Shown: positions 1 through 12,700, counted from the stretch's first letter. The stretch is 64,000 nucleotides of DNA from Balanoglossus misakiensis (GCA_040954595.2 CM082579.2:3399227-3463226), one strand, 5' to 3'. The notes: generated by a model from the sequence alone, not told the origin. Numbers and translations are program-made.

Positions 1-196
1 TGTATTGCTGTTTTATGGCATATAAAAATGACGATATTGGAAAATGTAAGTGTAGGTTTGAAATTTCATGCGTTCTCCTTTACTTGTTATGGCGCATCAG
101 ACAGACACCATATTGCGGCTTTTAATGCGGTAGCTTGATACGTTGTTTGAAGTCGAGAATAAAAAGTGAGTTACAGCCTGTCTTGCTGTCTTGCAG

Positions 197-284
197 GATC
201 AGCCATTAGTGCTGGAATCGGCTCGGAATATAACCCTTAATTTACGCAATACAGAAGGTAATGTGACAGGAAGACTGCTCGTAG
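197..284 (+). CDS. SGCZ: Sarcoglycan exon (88 nt)
   Basis: ttgcag|GAT...GTA G|gtaagt; DQPLVLESARNITLNLRNTEGNVTGRLLV. Confidence 0.92.
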
Positions 285-1348
285 GTAAGTGGGCACCGCA
301 TGACATTTCCACAGAGGCTGGCTAATGATGTAATGCTGCTTCTTATTTCAGGCATTAAGATCTTTCTCGTGTGGTATTGGCACTCATTATTGTTACATTT
401 TTGTCTACATTATATCACACAACACATTACATTGCAGACTGGACTAGTTGAGTAATAAAATCTGCTGATCCATAGATCTCATTTCACGTCTGGTTTCTCT
501 TCTGCAGGATCCAGAGATCTTGTGTCGCATCACAAGGAGTTTCTGGTGGAGACGCCCGAGGGTAAAGTGCTACTTCGTGCCAATGATGACGAAGTGGTCA
601 TTGGAGCAGACCGGTTTAGAATCACAGGTATGTTTGCTTTTATCTTTGTTTCTTCCATGTTGGATCATGATTTCACCACTGAGTTCTGTGTGATAACATT
701 CAACAGTTGTATAGTGTAGGCTACAAAATAATCCCCTATCATATGATACTTCATCATAGGTGCTGAAGGTGCTGTTTTTGAAGGTTCGATACAAACCCCA
801 CATATCAGAGCAGAAGCAAGAGAAGAACTCAAGTGAGTGGTTGCTCTTTTGTCTGAGTGAATTCTCCATGGTAACCCAGTGGTATAGATAATTCCTGATC
901 ATTGGTCAAAATATCTCCACAACTTGACATGTGACCATACTCCGCCACTTAAATTAATTGGACTGCTTGTGCCCACATTGCAGTGGTCCAGCCTTCTTTC
1001 CACTGTGACTTTAAGGAAGTTTTCAACCTTTGTGTTTCCACAGACTGGAATCCACCACAAGATCACTGTACATGCAGGCCCCACAGGGCATACTTCTAGA
1101 TGCTGAGGGTGGCGACTTCACTGCCAAGTGTAGGACAGATCTCAGGCTAGAATCAAAAGAGGGGTCGGTACGTATCACCAATGAGCTTTCTTGGGTCTTC
1201 CGGTGTCACTAGTGAAACTGATGCTCACAACTAAACAGGATGAATTAATCAGAGAACAAACCTAATCTAGTAATAATCCGATCTGCATCTGAATCTCAAC
1301 ATCAAATTAATGATGACAGCCACTGACTGTAATGTTGGCCTACTGACG

Positions 1349-1394
<46 letters not shown>

Positions 1395-1577
1395 CCTCTC
1401 AAATAACAGATCATGCTTGACACCAAGAACGTGGAATTCAAGAACCTGCAGATGAGCGAGTCAGGACAGGCCACATACACAGATGTCTACGAACTCTGTA
1501 CATGTGCCAGTGGGAAGCTCTTTATAGCCGATGCCATGTCTGGTTGCAAAGCTTCACCTGGCCTGTGTCCTGACTAA
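197..1577 (+). CDS. SGCZ: Sarcoglycan gamma/delta/zeta family, 3' part; exons 197-284, 508-627, 760-832, 1044-1167, 1410-1577 (5' exons lie upstream of the window)
   Basis: Five GT-AG, phase-compatible exons translate to DQPLVLESARNITLNLRNTEGNVTGRLLVG...GAEGAVFEGSIQTPHIRAE...LESTTRSLYMQAPQGI...VYELCTCASGKLFIADAMSGCKASPGLCPD*. This has the sarcoglycan C-terminal four-Cys motif. Assignment among gamma/delta/zeta is uncertain; it is probably co-orthologous. Confidence 0.93.
508..627 (+). CDS. SGCZ: Sarcoglycan exon (120 nt)
   Basis: ctgcag|GA...ACA G|gtatgt; SRDLVSHHKEFLVETPEGKVLLRANDDEVVIGADRFRIT. Confidence 0.92.
760..832 (+). CDS. SGCZ: Sarcoglycan exon (73 nt)
   Basis: catag|GT...CTC AA|gtgagt; GAEGAVFEGSIQTPHIRAEAREEL. 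Confidence 0.92.
1044..1167 (+). CDS. SGCZ: Sarcoglycan exon (124 nt)
   Basis: ccacag|A...TCG|gtacgt; LESTTRSLYMQAPQGILLDAEGGDFTAKCRTDLRLESKEGS. Confidence 0.92.
1351..1390. repeat. (TC)n microsatellite in the last sarcoglycan intron
   Basis: About 20 TC units directly upstream of the acceptor. Confidence 0.95.
1410..1577 (+). CDS. SGCZ: Sarcoglycan terminal coding exon (Cys-rich C-terminus)
   Basis: aacag|ATC...GAC TAA; IMLDTKNVEFKNL...VYELCTCASGKLFIADAMSGCKASPGLCPD*. Confidence 0.92.
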   Translation: MMLDTKNVEFKNLQMSESGQATYTDVYELCTCASGKLFIADAMSGCKASPGLCPD

Positions 1578-3442
1578 GAAACCTTGGACTGAGGCAACAT
1601 TCTGAGTTGTGGGACAGTTCCTAGCCAGGATGGTGGCTATCTCAAAGGGTTTTAACTTTTCTTTAATTAAGTCTGTTCTGTTTTATGTTTCATTTTGTTA
1701 TTGTTGATGTTTTTCAGTTTGGGCTAAAAACGTATCATATTTCCTTTTTGTCCATGTATTGCTTGTACACTGTAAGCATGTCATCTTAGTTTCAATACTT
1801 TGGTCATTCTTTTTACCTTGCACCAGTATTTATCATAATCTTTTCACAAAGACAACATTTAAATTACATTTATCATATAAAAATGTAAACACCAAAACAG
1901 GTCAAGTTCCCGATGGGCAGCAGTAATTATTATTCATTCATTTTAACATAACACGTTCAAAATCCATTTTCTTTTATCCATGAATAAATACCATGTATTG
2001 TATTGTATTACAGTGTATTCTAAATACTGTTAGCTTTCATTTTATTCTATCAGTGTATATCAGCCAGAATAGGCTGAGGAGAATCACTTGATAGTAATAA
2101 CACATCTCTTTGATTAGATTTCTCACAACCTAACACTGCCTCTATCCATTATTTCTGTCCAAAATCACCCTTTTTCACACTGTTTCGTTTGGTCGTTTTT
2201 GAAGTATTTTTGAAGTAACTGAGTATTTATTTAAAGTGGGAAATATATTAACGACATGTTTGTAACTGCTTCTGTAGCCAAAGACTTACCTGGCAAACCA
2301 GATGAAATGACAGGGAAAGTAACTGTTTTTTTAAAACAGCTTAAGCTTTTCGTACCTTGAGAAATAAAAAAGGGAAGAGGGATATTTTTGTATTAACTTA
2401 GAGTATCAAACGATTGATACGACAAATAGAACTGTTTCTATGGTAACTTTATGTTATATGTTAATCTTTTATTATTGTATCAGTCTTTATTATTGAATTC
2501 TTAAATTAACAACATTGTAGATTTAAAAAAATATTTTGTATGCCGTCATACTTTTTGTCAGTTAACTTTTAAGAAATTTTAAGAAACTAACTTTGAATAG
2601 AAGAGAGACCAATGCCAGTTGTGTATGTTGTGGTTTTACATTACATCTCAGGATGCCGTATTTTGCACACACACAAATTATTGTGTTTTGGCCACTTAGA
2701 AGATAAACAATTGTGTTCTGTGTGAAATGACATCAAAACAGAAAATCATATCCATTTCATCTGCTGTTCCAGCACATTACGGTGTCTTCGACAGAGCGCC
2801 GATCTTTGCCTTCATCCTTTTCGGGATGAAAGGTTCTTGTTGGAAAGCCAAACGCTGCCAAATTTGACACATTGTAGCAAGTTTTGAAACATTCATCTGT
2901 CATTTCCTGTTAGTTTTTGCTTGTCTGTGGTTTGAGAGACCATTTTATACCATGTTTTATAGAAGGGGTGGCAATGGAGCTCACGTAACGTCTCCTGCCT
3001 GATTCACAGCATGCCGTGTGATATTTCACGACAAAATTACTGAAGCCATTTTTCTCTTTGTATGCCATCTTATCAGAGACTTGCCAATAGCAATTTTTTG
3101 TGTACACTTTATCAATTCTGCGGGGTACATGCTGATATGTCCAGCCCTGGTCAGAAATACAGAAAAATCTGAAGGAAAATAAATTCACCGGTTTGAGTTC
3201 ATGGTTCTGAGAGACCGTACAACACAATCTAACTCAATAGCCGATTCTCACTTGTGTCAGACACCTTGCCATATGTCCTGTGCATTTGTCATGATTTCAT
3301 TCAGTCTGAGTTCTATGTAGGGCTTGATTATATTGGACAAAAACTATTGAGTTTTCATTTAACTTACTAAGATTCGAATAAAAAACAGCATGTTGGCAAC
3401 AATCTTGAGTATGATTTGAACCAATTGTATATTACATGTTAC

Positions 3443-3452
3443 AATAAATAAA
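3443..3452 (+). terminator. Candidate polyadenylation signal of the sarcoglycan gene
   Basis: Overlapping AATAAATAAA after a long U-rich stretch and followed by U/GU-rich sequence; other AATAAA copies occur upstream (e.g. ~1983). Confidence 0.4.
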
Positions 3453-4901
3453 GACATTTTTTCTCATTTCATTGTACATGTAGATTGTGTTGCGACAAGT
3501 GAACTTTACATGCGAGAATGTAGCTTAGTTTTAGGGTGTGAGCGGATGTGGTATAGCCAAAAAAATATTACCGAAGGTTGAAATGTGAAAAGTGTTGAAA
3601 CGGAGAGAAAATTGTGGCTGCTTGCTTGAATACTAGTCACCTGTGATATGGACAATCTCTCTTACTATGTTATTACTGGCACAACAACACATTTTACATC
3701 TGTGTACAGAAATTCTGCTTTTATTACTTCATTTAAAGGCATCACTGTCACAAAGAAGTCCACAGATCAGGTAAAAACACCCCACTGCCAATATGCAAAA
3801 CAAAAGTTTGTTTCCCCTACATATGGGCGTAGAGGGCGCATATCGCAAGTGCACATCCCACGTCCCCATAATTATTCAATTCCAAAAACAATTTTAAAAC
3901 CTTTCCGTTTGCCCAAATACAATTTAAAACAAATGTTTAAAACCATTATTATTATGCTCAATATTTACATAAATGCTAAAAATAGTTGCTCAAATTTCTG
4001 TTAATCAACACAGACGACAGTAATCGAGTGTTTTCTAGCGAAGGTAAGAACTGACTAACTTTTTTACACAACACAAATTATACTGCAGAATAGCTGCACA
4101 CATGAAGCTAGCTTTTGTTTTATATGATGAAATTTCGCAAAGTGGACATTTATTTACAATTTTTACAAGTCCAGAAAAGTATTTAACAAATTCTGAGAAA
4201 ACAAGACTACGAGAACATGTCACAATACTATATGTCATACATTTGAATAAAACAGCATAAATATTAATCTTGGAAACTCTTGAATAAAATTTTCAAATGC
4301 ATTGTAGCGCGTCTTGCATTTTTCTTTTTCTTTTGTCTATCGTATTGCAATCCTTGATAGAATATCAGTGCAGTGTACAGTTAGATTTAAGTGTAGCAGA
4401 TTCTGATATAGTACAGGAAATACGAATTCCTGTTCTGCGATCATGCTACTTGCATTGCAATACAATGTACACTGCATGCTTTCAGTGGCTAGAAATATAT
4501 GTACAGCAAACAAAAATGCATGGCTATAAGTAGGAAAAACAACCAAATAACTTCCTCAGAAAATTAAGATAAGTCATAAAAACATAATTTAGAAATATTG
4601 TTTGGTCATAATTTTTCGAGGCAGTGCTCACTGTTTTTAGAGTTTTTGTTCTCTTTCCGCTATTACACATTTTTGGAACTTGTATTATTATTAGTTACAT
4701 CCATACTTTGGAATGCGGAATATGGACGATTGCGATCATGGAACCAAAATTTAAAATACCTGGATTACAATACAATGCCCTATTTCTATCAAGTGTTTGA
4801 ACAGTAATGTCTCTGCGACAAGCGCTAGATTCGGATTAGTGGGAATGCACAAAAATGACTGAGCCAAATGTGTACCATTGCTTTCATTTTCAAGGAACAT
4901 A

Positions 4902-4960
4902 AATCTGAATCTGAATTTGTTTTCAGTGTGAATAATCTGAAACTGAATCTGAATCTGAAT
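4902..4960. repeat. Degenerate (TCTGAA)n hexamer repeat
   Basis: aatctgaatctgaat...aatctgaaactgaatctgaatctgaat. Confidence 0.7.
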
Positions 4961-5273
4961 GATACTGACATCTTGGAATCCGTGTAGAACGTGAATCTGA
5001 GTTGTCTTCAATCTGATTTTTCTGTGGCATCTCTTTGCCGTCGAATGAGAATAAATTTCAGCTGCCTTTGATAGTACAATAATTTTTTGAAAACCTAGCT
5101 AATGATTCACAATAAAACCAAATCCACAACATTGCATTGTTTGTCGCAATTGCAGGTGTCTTCACTGCAACAAGTTGTCACAGTGGAAGCTCTACACACT
5201 GAACTTATTTCCCCTCAATAGCTGCCTTGATTTCGAAGCCAAACAACACCCTCTTTATATTTGTGCACCTAAC

Positions 5274-5299
5274 CACGGTTACTAGAAGAAGTAACCGTG
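5274..5299. mobile_element. 26-bp TIR remnant flanked by a 7-bp target-site duplication (P-superfamily-like footprint)
   Basis: ACCTAAC [CACGGTTACT agaaga AGTAACCGTG] ACCTAAC: perfect 10-bp inverted ends and perfect 7-bp direct flanks. Confidence 0.7.
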
Positions 5300-6554
5300 A
5301 CCTAACGTTTATTTTCAACATCAATTTTTCGTTTTTAAATATCAACATTTATGCTAAACATTACCTCTGGAAGGGGCCCATGAAATTTTCACACTGACTG
5401 AACGACTTCACTAAGAATATGTCATAAAATAAAAATTGGAAAAAAATGCCCGACAAAAGGGTACAGACTTCCTTGAGGTCTTGACCCTTCAACCCATGAC
5501 CTTTATGCCCTATGACCCCGTTTTTGATGGAATATGATGCAACAGATCATTAATGACCCTTGCACTCAAGACCCCAATTCTAATGCCTTCTCGTCATTTC
5601 TTAAAAGAATAAAAAATTGTTGTCGCGAGAACTAAATATGAATAAATTATGAAATCAACAAAACAGCTCTTTCCATGTATACTGCGGCAATGAATCGAAA
5701 CTGTTTCGAGCAATTATTGTCTTTTTGTAGCTTGGCAAGTTTCAAATACTGAAATAGTGCAAAGTTTTCTAGGAATGGATGTCCATAGTTGTTAACTACA
5801 AATACACAAACATTAATGACAATGTTTGTTGTTTATACCACATAGCTTAGATGCATTGCTTGCTGTAATTTTTTTGGTCTGTTTTCTTTAAACATTTTTC
5901 TTTTTATTATTTTTTTGAGTGTGTTCGTTTTGTACATTTTGTGCAACATGCACACCACTTTATATGGCAGTCTTTTCGGTTTGGATTTTTTATGAAAATA
6001 AATAAAAGTTCGCCATTTTTTTCCTGGAAGACACCGATTGCCAAAACATAGGCAAGCTGTGAAGTTGAACCCTGTTGCTACCATTGTGATGCGTGTACAG
6101 AGAATGCCTGAGACAAAAAATAGTTTGAAAAAAATCCATGTTCTGCTTTGATGAGTGTAAAGTTTCAAAGCAAAACTGGATGACGGGTTACCAATCCCCT
6201 GAAATGCCTCACCAGGCTAACCATAGCCAAAATCAAACTTGGAAGATTGTTGACAAGCACTAGTTTGAATTTTACCCACGTGGCTACTGACCAGGTTATC
6301 ACCCTGTAAGGGTGTTTTACACTAAATGCGCCAAATATTTCCACGTGTCAGGCGACAACTCAAAGCAAATCCGAAAAAGAATAGAACTCTTGGGCTTCTT
6401 CCAGACAGTGCTGACATCGAACACCTGAGGGCGCTGTACGACATGGACCAGCACACACCACTCGGAAAAGCAAAGTGGGTGTGTTGACATTGCTTATAGA
6501 CATTTATTTATATTTATTTCATTGCTTGGCGGCGGACTTTCAGCAAAGAAGGAT

Positions 6555-6749
6555 CTACACTCTTGCTTCTTCGTTAGCTTCTCCTTTGGTAATTCCATCC
6601 AATCGAATGTCATTGACAGGAGAGTATACCACGTCGCCGTACGCAGGTGGATCGCTGCCGCCTTTGATTGGCCCATAGCCCGCCTGTTCTCTGTGTTCTG
6701 CAAGTGCTGGTCCCCAAGCCGGTAATGGCTTAGCTGAATTGCGCAGACG
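6555..6749 (-). CDS. SLC6 gene A terminal exon
   Basis: ctgcag|CGT; [20 protein letters not shown]...[13 protein letters not shown]...EEARV* (TAG at 6557-6555). Confidence 0.88.
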   Translation of the reverse strand, partial: RLRNSAKPLPAWGPALAEHREQAGYGPIKGGSDPPAYGDVVYSPVNDIRLDGITKGEANEEARV

Positions 6750-9700
6750 CTGCAGGGGAAAAAAAACTCAAAAAGTTTACCAACTGTTTCGCGGCAAGAT
6801 CACGTGCAAAACAGACCGTTGATTGATAACGCGACGTTTTATAATCGAAATGAAATAAATATATTCCCTTTCGCATTGCGCAAAGACGTGTACATGTATT
6901 CTGGCACCGAATCAAATCTCTAAAATGATCGATAATTTCGAGGCACTGAAAAACACGAAAACTAACGAATGCTGCACACCAAATTCAGGTCTTCAAACTA
7001 CTTGATTGCAAAAAGTATAATTCTTCAAAAATAAACGTTCTCGCGATAAAATATATGTGATATACCTCAATCAAGGTTCCTTTCTCGACCATCATAATAT
7101 AATAGACGACATAGATAGGGACAAGAAGAACAGACATCATGGCAATCATCCAGCCAAGGGCGTCAGCCCACGCGGGATACACATACGTTCCGTACTGACA
7201 TGGAGTGTAGGAGACGAGACTGAAAATCATGATGAACTGTTGGAAATAAAATAAATAGACAGGAAGGCCTTGTTAGAGGTTTATTCGTACACGTCGCATA
7301 ATAATAACCTTTTCTCGTTAATTCTCCTCCTTCCTTTGGTTTTTTTTTTTTTCACCAGACGCCATCCCGGACCCGTTTTCTCAACCCAACGATATATTCT
7401 CTGAGGACAGATCCGTTTATCATTGCCTCCTTTTTTGCAGTAGTTCAACCTGTGACGCACTTGTAAAACGCGCAGTTCAGTTCAAAGCATGCGACATGCC
7501 ACGGGCAACGTGAACGACGCAATGAAACCAAAACACCGGTTATTGTCTCGGGCGATCGATGCAGCTGATGAACAATGGCGAGAGATCGATAATTGAGAGG
7601 GCAAGGAACTATGCAGCTCTGGAATCGCAATCACCCCCGTCAAAACAAACCACTCGGGGAGTAGAACCGTAATGGCTTGGCATGAAGCCACTAATATGGT
7701 AATACTACACAAGCACGCATCCGAAAACCGGTTTTCACTGGAACTCTTGAAATAATCGAAATTCGAAAAACGTTGCGATTGACGTCACCATTACGGGGCA
7801 CTAACATTCCCTTTCATGCATTCTTTATCTTCTTTTTCTGGCAATGTTTCGTGGCATAAATTTACAACAACAGTTTTTTATTTATCCGCCCTGCACACAA
7901 TATTGCAAGCTATTCCGTGTCGTTCATCATTACACAGTTTGATCGCAGCCTTTCGTAGCCGACCTGTACAACAATATGGTATGGGTCGGACATAAATTGA
8001 CCCAGATACCAGCTCCACGGATCAAAACCCTCTCGTAAATCGGACCCTCAAAATGGCGGGAATATCCACCCGACAGGGTTTAGGGATTTCATCGTGTGAA
8101 CCTATGATTCTATATCAATCACAGGCATTTGAGGGTACAGGAGTTGCAGTTTCATCCATTTGGCAGATTGTGTTCAACTTAATTCGTGTCAATTTGCCAA
8201 CTCAGCGAAAACTGGGGGAAATCGATTTTTTGACCCTTTTAGATGAACCCCAGACATTCTTTAACAATACAACATGTACTTCATTGCTACCTCGTAAAGG
8301 GTTTACAGCTTTGAAATCGCTTTCCACCAATTGTCGGGGTCCCTAGTATACCACCGAAAACTTTCACTGGCCACTGTCCAATTCCCCCCCCCCCCCCCCC
8401 CCACTTTTTTTAAATGAAGTGCGAATAAATTAAGTGGGACACAAAGCCTGATCGATTTTCTTTGGAATTCACTATGTTCTCCATTCATCAAATTTGGAAT
8501 CAGGCCAACCCTGCCACTGCCCCCTTTGCAGTTTCCCGCCGAAAGGTAACTGTCAGGTTACTTTCATTGGCAGTTCGTCAAAGTGGTCATTTTTACTATG
8601 CCGCGCGGTGGCGGGGGAATAATAAAGTGGCGGGCAGTGACGTCATCAAATCGCAGATAAATAGCACCGGTTGAAAATTTATTGGACATTTTAAGATTCA
8701 TACTACAGGAAAAAAATAATAGTGGTTTTAAGATGTCATCAAGATATGCGGCATGACATAGGGCCGCCCCATAGCAACGGTGGTGGGCGTGGCTAGCAAA
8801 ATGACTTGCGCCCACGTGGTTATCGGTGTGAGCCCCCCCCCCCCTGCCACATGACAACACACGGATGACAACAGTCAACACGGGATAAATAAACAAACCA
8901 CAAGAGGAGTTCCACTACAACGTCACACATGAAGGGACTGCGATTGTATCAACCTCCTCGGTGTTGTCAAAACAAAAATGACTTTTTCATGACTTGACTT
9001 TCTCAATGGTAGATTTGCGAGCACAAAACGAGGCCAGTGTTCCTCCAAAGTGCTTACGATACTAATAAACGTACAGTGTGAAATCTAACATGTACAACAG
9101 ATCGTAGAACCGAGTACGCAATTGTTGATGACGCTGGCGAATACGGTCTAGCCTAGAGGTATTTTCTGTAGTTGGTTGTTCAGTGAATGTACTTACACCA
9201 AGAATGCCCGGTGCCAAGAATTTCCAACAAATTCTCCAGTAGATATTGGGGCGGAATCCCACCATGCTTTCCAGGTCATCAGAGAACTTCTCAATTCCTA
9301 TTATAGACATAAACCAGTTGGTTTTTATTCGAATATGGAACAACAAGCATGCAGATAATATCAAGTTTGGGTATTAACGGTCAAATCATACGTTTAGGTT
9401 AAAATCACCAGTTCCAAGTGAAGCATTTGTTCCACTAGGGGTCAGGGACAATCAGCTGTTGAAAGCTGGTCTTATTGGGGGGGGGGGGGTCATGACAATC
9501 ATCTGGACATACCGTAGACATACGAGATGACAATGCACTCCATAAGACCAACAAAGCACAGGGAGAATCCGGCAGCATACCAATCCATCAGCTGTAAGAC
9601 GTACATGCCGCCCTGAAAGTCAAAAATATGAGGTTAGCTTACCCGAAGACAAACGATAGAAAGACTTGTCTCTCCTTGTATCATTGACAACGGCGCCAAT

Positions 9701-12700
9701 CAAAAGTTCTCAGTGAGGGTATCTTTAACGTTACTCACCCTTGTAACCATTGGCAACCCAAGCACGAACCACAAAATACACGTCGCCATGGTGATCAGGG
9801 ATTTGTTCTTCCTTATCTTATTACCCATGAACGCGAACTCATCCATCATGGCAGTGATCAGAGTCTCCATCATTACGAACTAAAAATGCAGAGTAAAAAT
9901 CTTATTAATTTTTACTTTGAAGCGACTAAATAGATACGATTTCCCCCTGAAATGAGCGAAACCAAGGAATGCTATCAAACCTATATCACATACCAACGCA
10001 TTCAATTTGCGAACGCCGTTAAGACAGACAAGAAAAGTCAATTGCTTCTGAATATATTATGCTGTTTCTGGCCTCAGCATCATATTTTTCAATCAGACCG
10101 AATCAGACCGTGGCTGCCCAGTCGGGTAGCTATAAAATTGCAAATGCTGTCCTAAATACACCGGGCCTGATGAGCTCAATATTTATTCATAGTGAAATAA
10201 AATAGTATACTGTGTCTGGGTGAATAAATTTGCCGCTCAGTAGTTGGTGAGGTCGTTGACTACAGGATATCGATAATACGTCTTGTCTGCAGAGCGAGAC
10301 GTTCACTTAATCCTTGCTGATAACATACTTGTGTGGCGTCTCTCTCTCGAGAGCGTATTATACACACTCCTTGAATTTAAAGGAAAAATAATGGGTCGCC
10401 TTTGATTTTGTCGGCAGACAATAGAACTGACTCAAATATGAAGATATTTGAATTCAAAATGGCTGCCTCGAACCGTGGTAGTTGCCCGGGCCCCCAGCAG
10501 AAATCCAAGTGCTTGGTTCGAACCGACAGTTAATTTCAAAATGCACTAGTCTACGTTAAAACTTCGCTTGAAATGCACTGCGTATCGTGTTGGGAGTATT
10601 TACCTGACTGTCTAAACCCAGTGTAAATAACATGAAGAAAAAGAGAATCGCCCACAACGGAGATATTGGAAGGCGAGCTACTGCTTCGGGGTAAGCCACG
10701 AACGCCAGGCCAGCACCTGCGAGAGGGAACAGAAAACGCATCTATTATGAGTGCTGAATTTAACCTCCGGATTTAGTCCTTGCATATTCATTCATTCATT
10801 CCTTCCTTCCTTCCTTCATTCGTTCGTTCGTTCGTTCGTTCATTTGTGACACTTCCCGCTCACCTTCATCGGCCACTTTGTCGATGGGGACCTGAGTGTC
10901 GTACGCCATGAAGCCAATGATGGAGAAGATGACAAATCCGGCGAAGACGCTGGTTCCACAATTGCACAGAGCAACGATCAACGAATCTCTGTGGCAGTTG
11001 TTGTGGAATTTGTTGTAACTGCCAAGGGTCGGCAGTCCTCCCCAGGCGATGCCCAGGGAGTAGAAAATCTGGGCGGCAGCGTCTTTCCATACCTGCAACA
11101 CAGAATAGAATGTTGTTTGTTTATTGGTTTCATTTAAGCTCCATTTATAGCTTTAATGGGTTTGAGCTCATTTTTCAGCATTTTCGTTTTATATTTCTTG
11201 GTCGACTATCTGGTGTACATGACTGACGAAATGCCAAGCATCTGTAGTAGGGGTTTGGCATGGTATCTGCTGTCGGTCAGAAAAGAAAAGAATACTGAAA
11301 ACTTGCTAAAAGTTACAGCCTGTCCAGTATGGTGGCACGTAAACAGCCAGGGGGTGTTCGTTTGTTCTCAGAAATGTATTTTTCGGACGATTGCAGTTTG
11401 CCGCCATCCGGACCAAAGTTTATGGTGTAAACACTTCAACGAACGGCGGAAACGCTTACCAAGATACCGTGCCAAAATACCATAATGTTTTCGAAGAAAA
11501 GGTCCGGGATATCGACTTTCGGAAGCAATAAATGGGTTCAACGACTTTTATCTCGATATCAACGTTGCCCTGGTTTACAAAACAAGCCCAAAACTCGGCC
11601 AAAACAAGACCATTCAACGGTGGTGGCGTTCTTCAAATCCAGACACTTGGCACATGCAAGCGTCTGCACGCATGCCATGTGGTAGTTTCAGGCGTTTTTA
11701 ATAACAAGCTTGGAAATTCTCACGTGGTCACACAGTTTGAGAGCTGCAATACTCACCCTGGCACTCTTCAAGATTTCCCACTTTGGCGTGATGTAGAAGA
11801 GAACCCCGGCCAATGACCCGGGCAGGGTTGCTCCACGAATCAGCAAAACAAACAGGACGCAGTAAGGAAACAACGCTGTGAAGTAGACAACCTATGAACG
11901 GCAAGAAGAGAAACAGGCATGAATTAAGTAGCAAGCGATATAATCTAAGAAATTTGCCACGCCAGCCTTTAAGAAATCGTGCATCAGCGCTCAAAACTCT
12001 GGACAAGAAATCTCCTGATGAAGCATTCTGGTCATATCCGCAGCACATCGGGTGATCTGAACGACATCAATTCCCATTTACCTTTCCAGACGACTTCACA
12101 CCCTTGATGATGCATAGAAAGACGACAATCCACGCCAGACCCAGACAGCCGACCAATTCCCACCTCATAGCACCAAGGTCGTCTATTCCATCTGTTATTC
12201 TCAAGACGAAATTGCTAATAAAGGCAAAAAAATCAGAAATATCGGAAAACGATTAGTGGGTTGATGATGACAAAATTTTCAGCCTGTAAACGCGGCCTAG
12301 GCCTAACTAGGCCTATATTCTTATGATTTATTTGATATATACCCATTATGTCAACAATTATTGCATTTTTATTAAGATCGTGGTGGTATGAAATTTCGAT
12401 AAGGTTTTATTTTATTTCACTTTGTTTAGCTTTTGCTTCAATTGCATATGGATCAACACCAGATACGGCTCTGTACTTTTTTTCCACGTTTAGTTTCCCT
12501 TACAAATCGAAAGGAGACTTCGTTTCCACTCATTTCCGGCTTGTCAGAAACCGAAACCTACTTCCAATACTCCTCGCTTGGTCTCTTGATAATGGTAGTT
12601 GCGTTTCCAGTGGCGTTCAGCAGGGCGTACACGGCGCTTCCGTGAAGTCCCGTCGCCGAACCGTTGACGAAGTCGGTGGCGTTGGCGAGGCCGGTCAACC

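Noticed and set aside
2284-2295. ACTTACCTGGCA, like the U1 snRNA 5' end (also ATACTTACC at ~51224)
   Set aside because: The match stops after about 12 nt and there are no U1 stem-loops or Sm site; it is simply a donor-like motif on the minus strand.
6540-6557. Stop-codon readthrough in gene A
   Set aside because: TAG-A is not a leaky context and the extension is only four codons.
8355-8540. Poly-C-containing MITE-like fragment (similar G/C-run segments at ~15370 and ~45160)
   Set aside because: No paired TIRs or TSD could be defined by eye.
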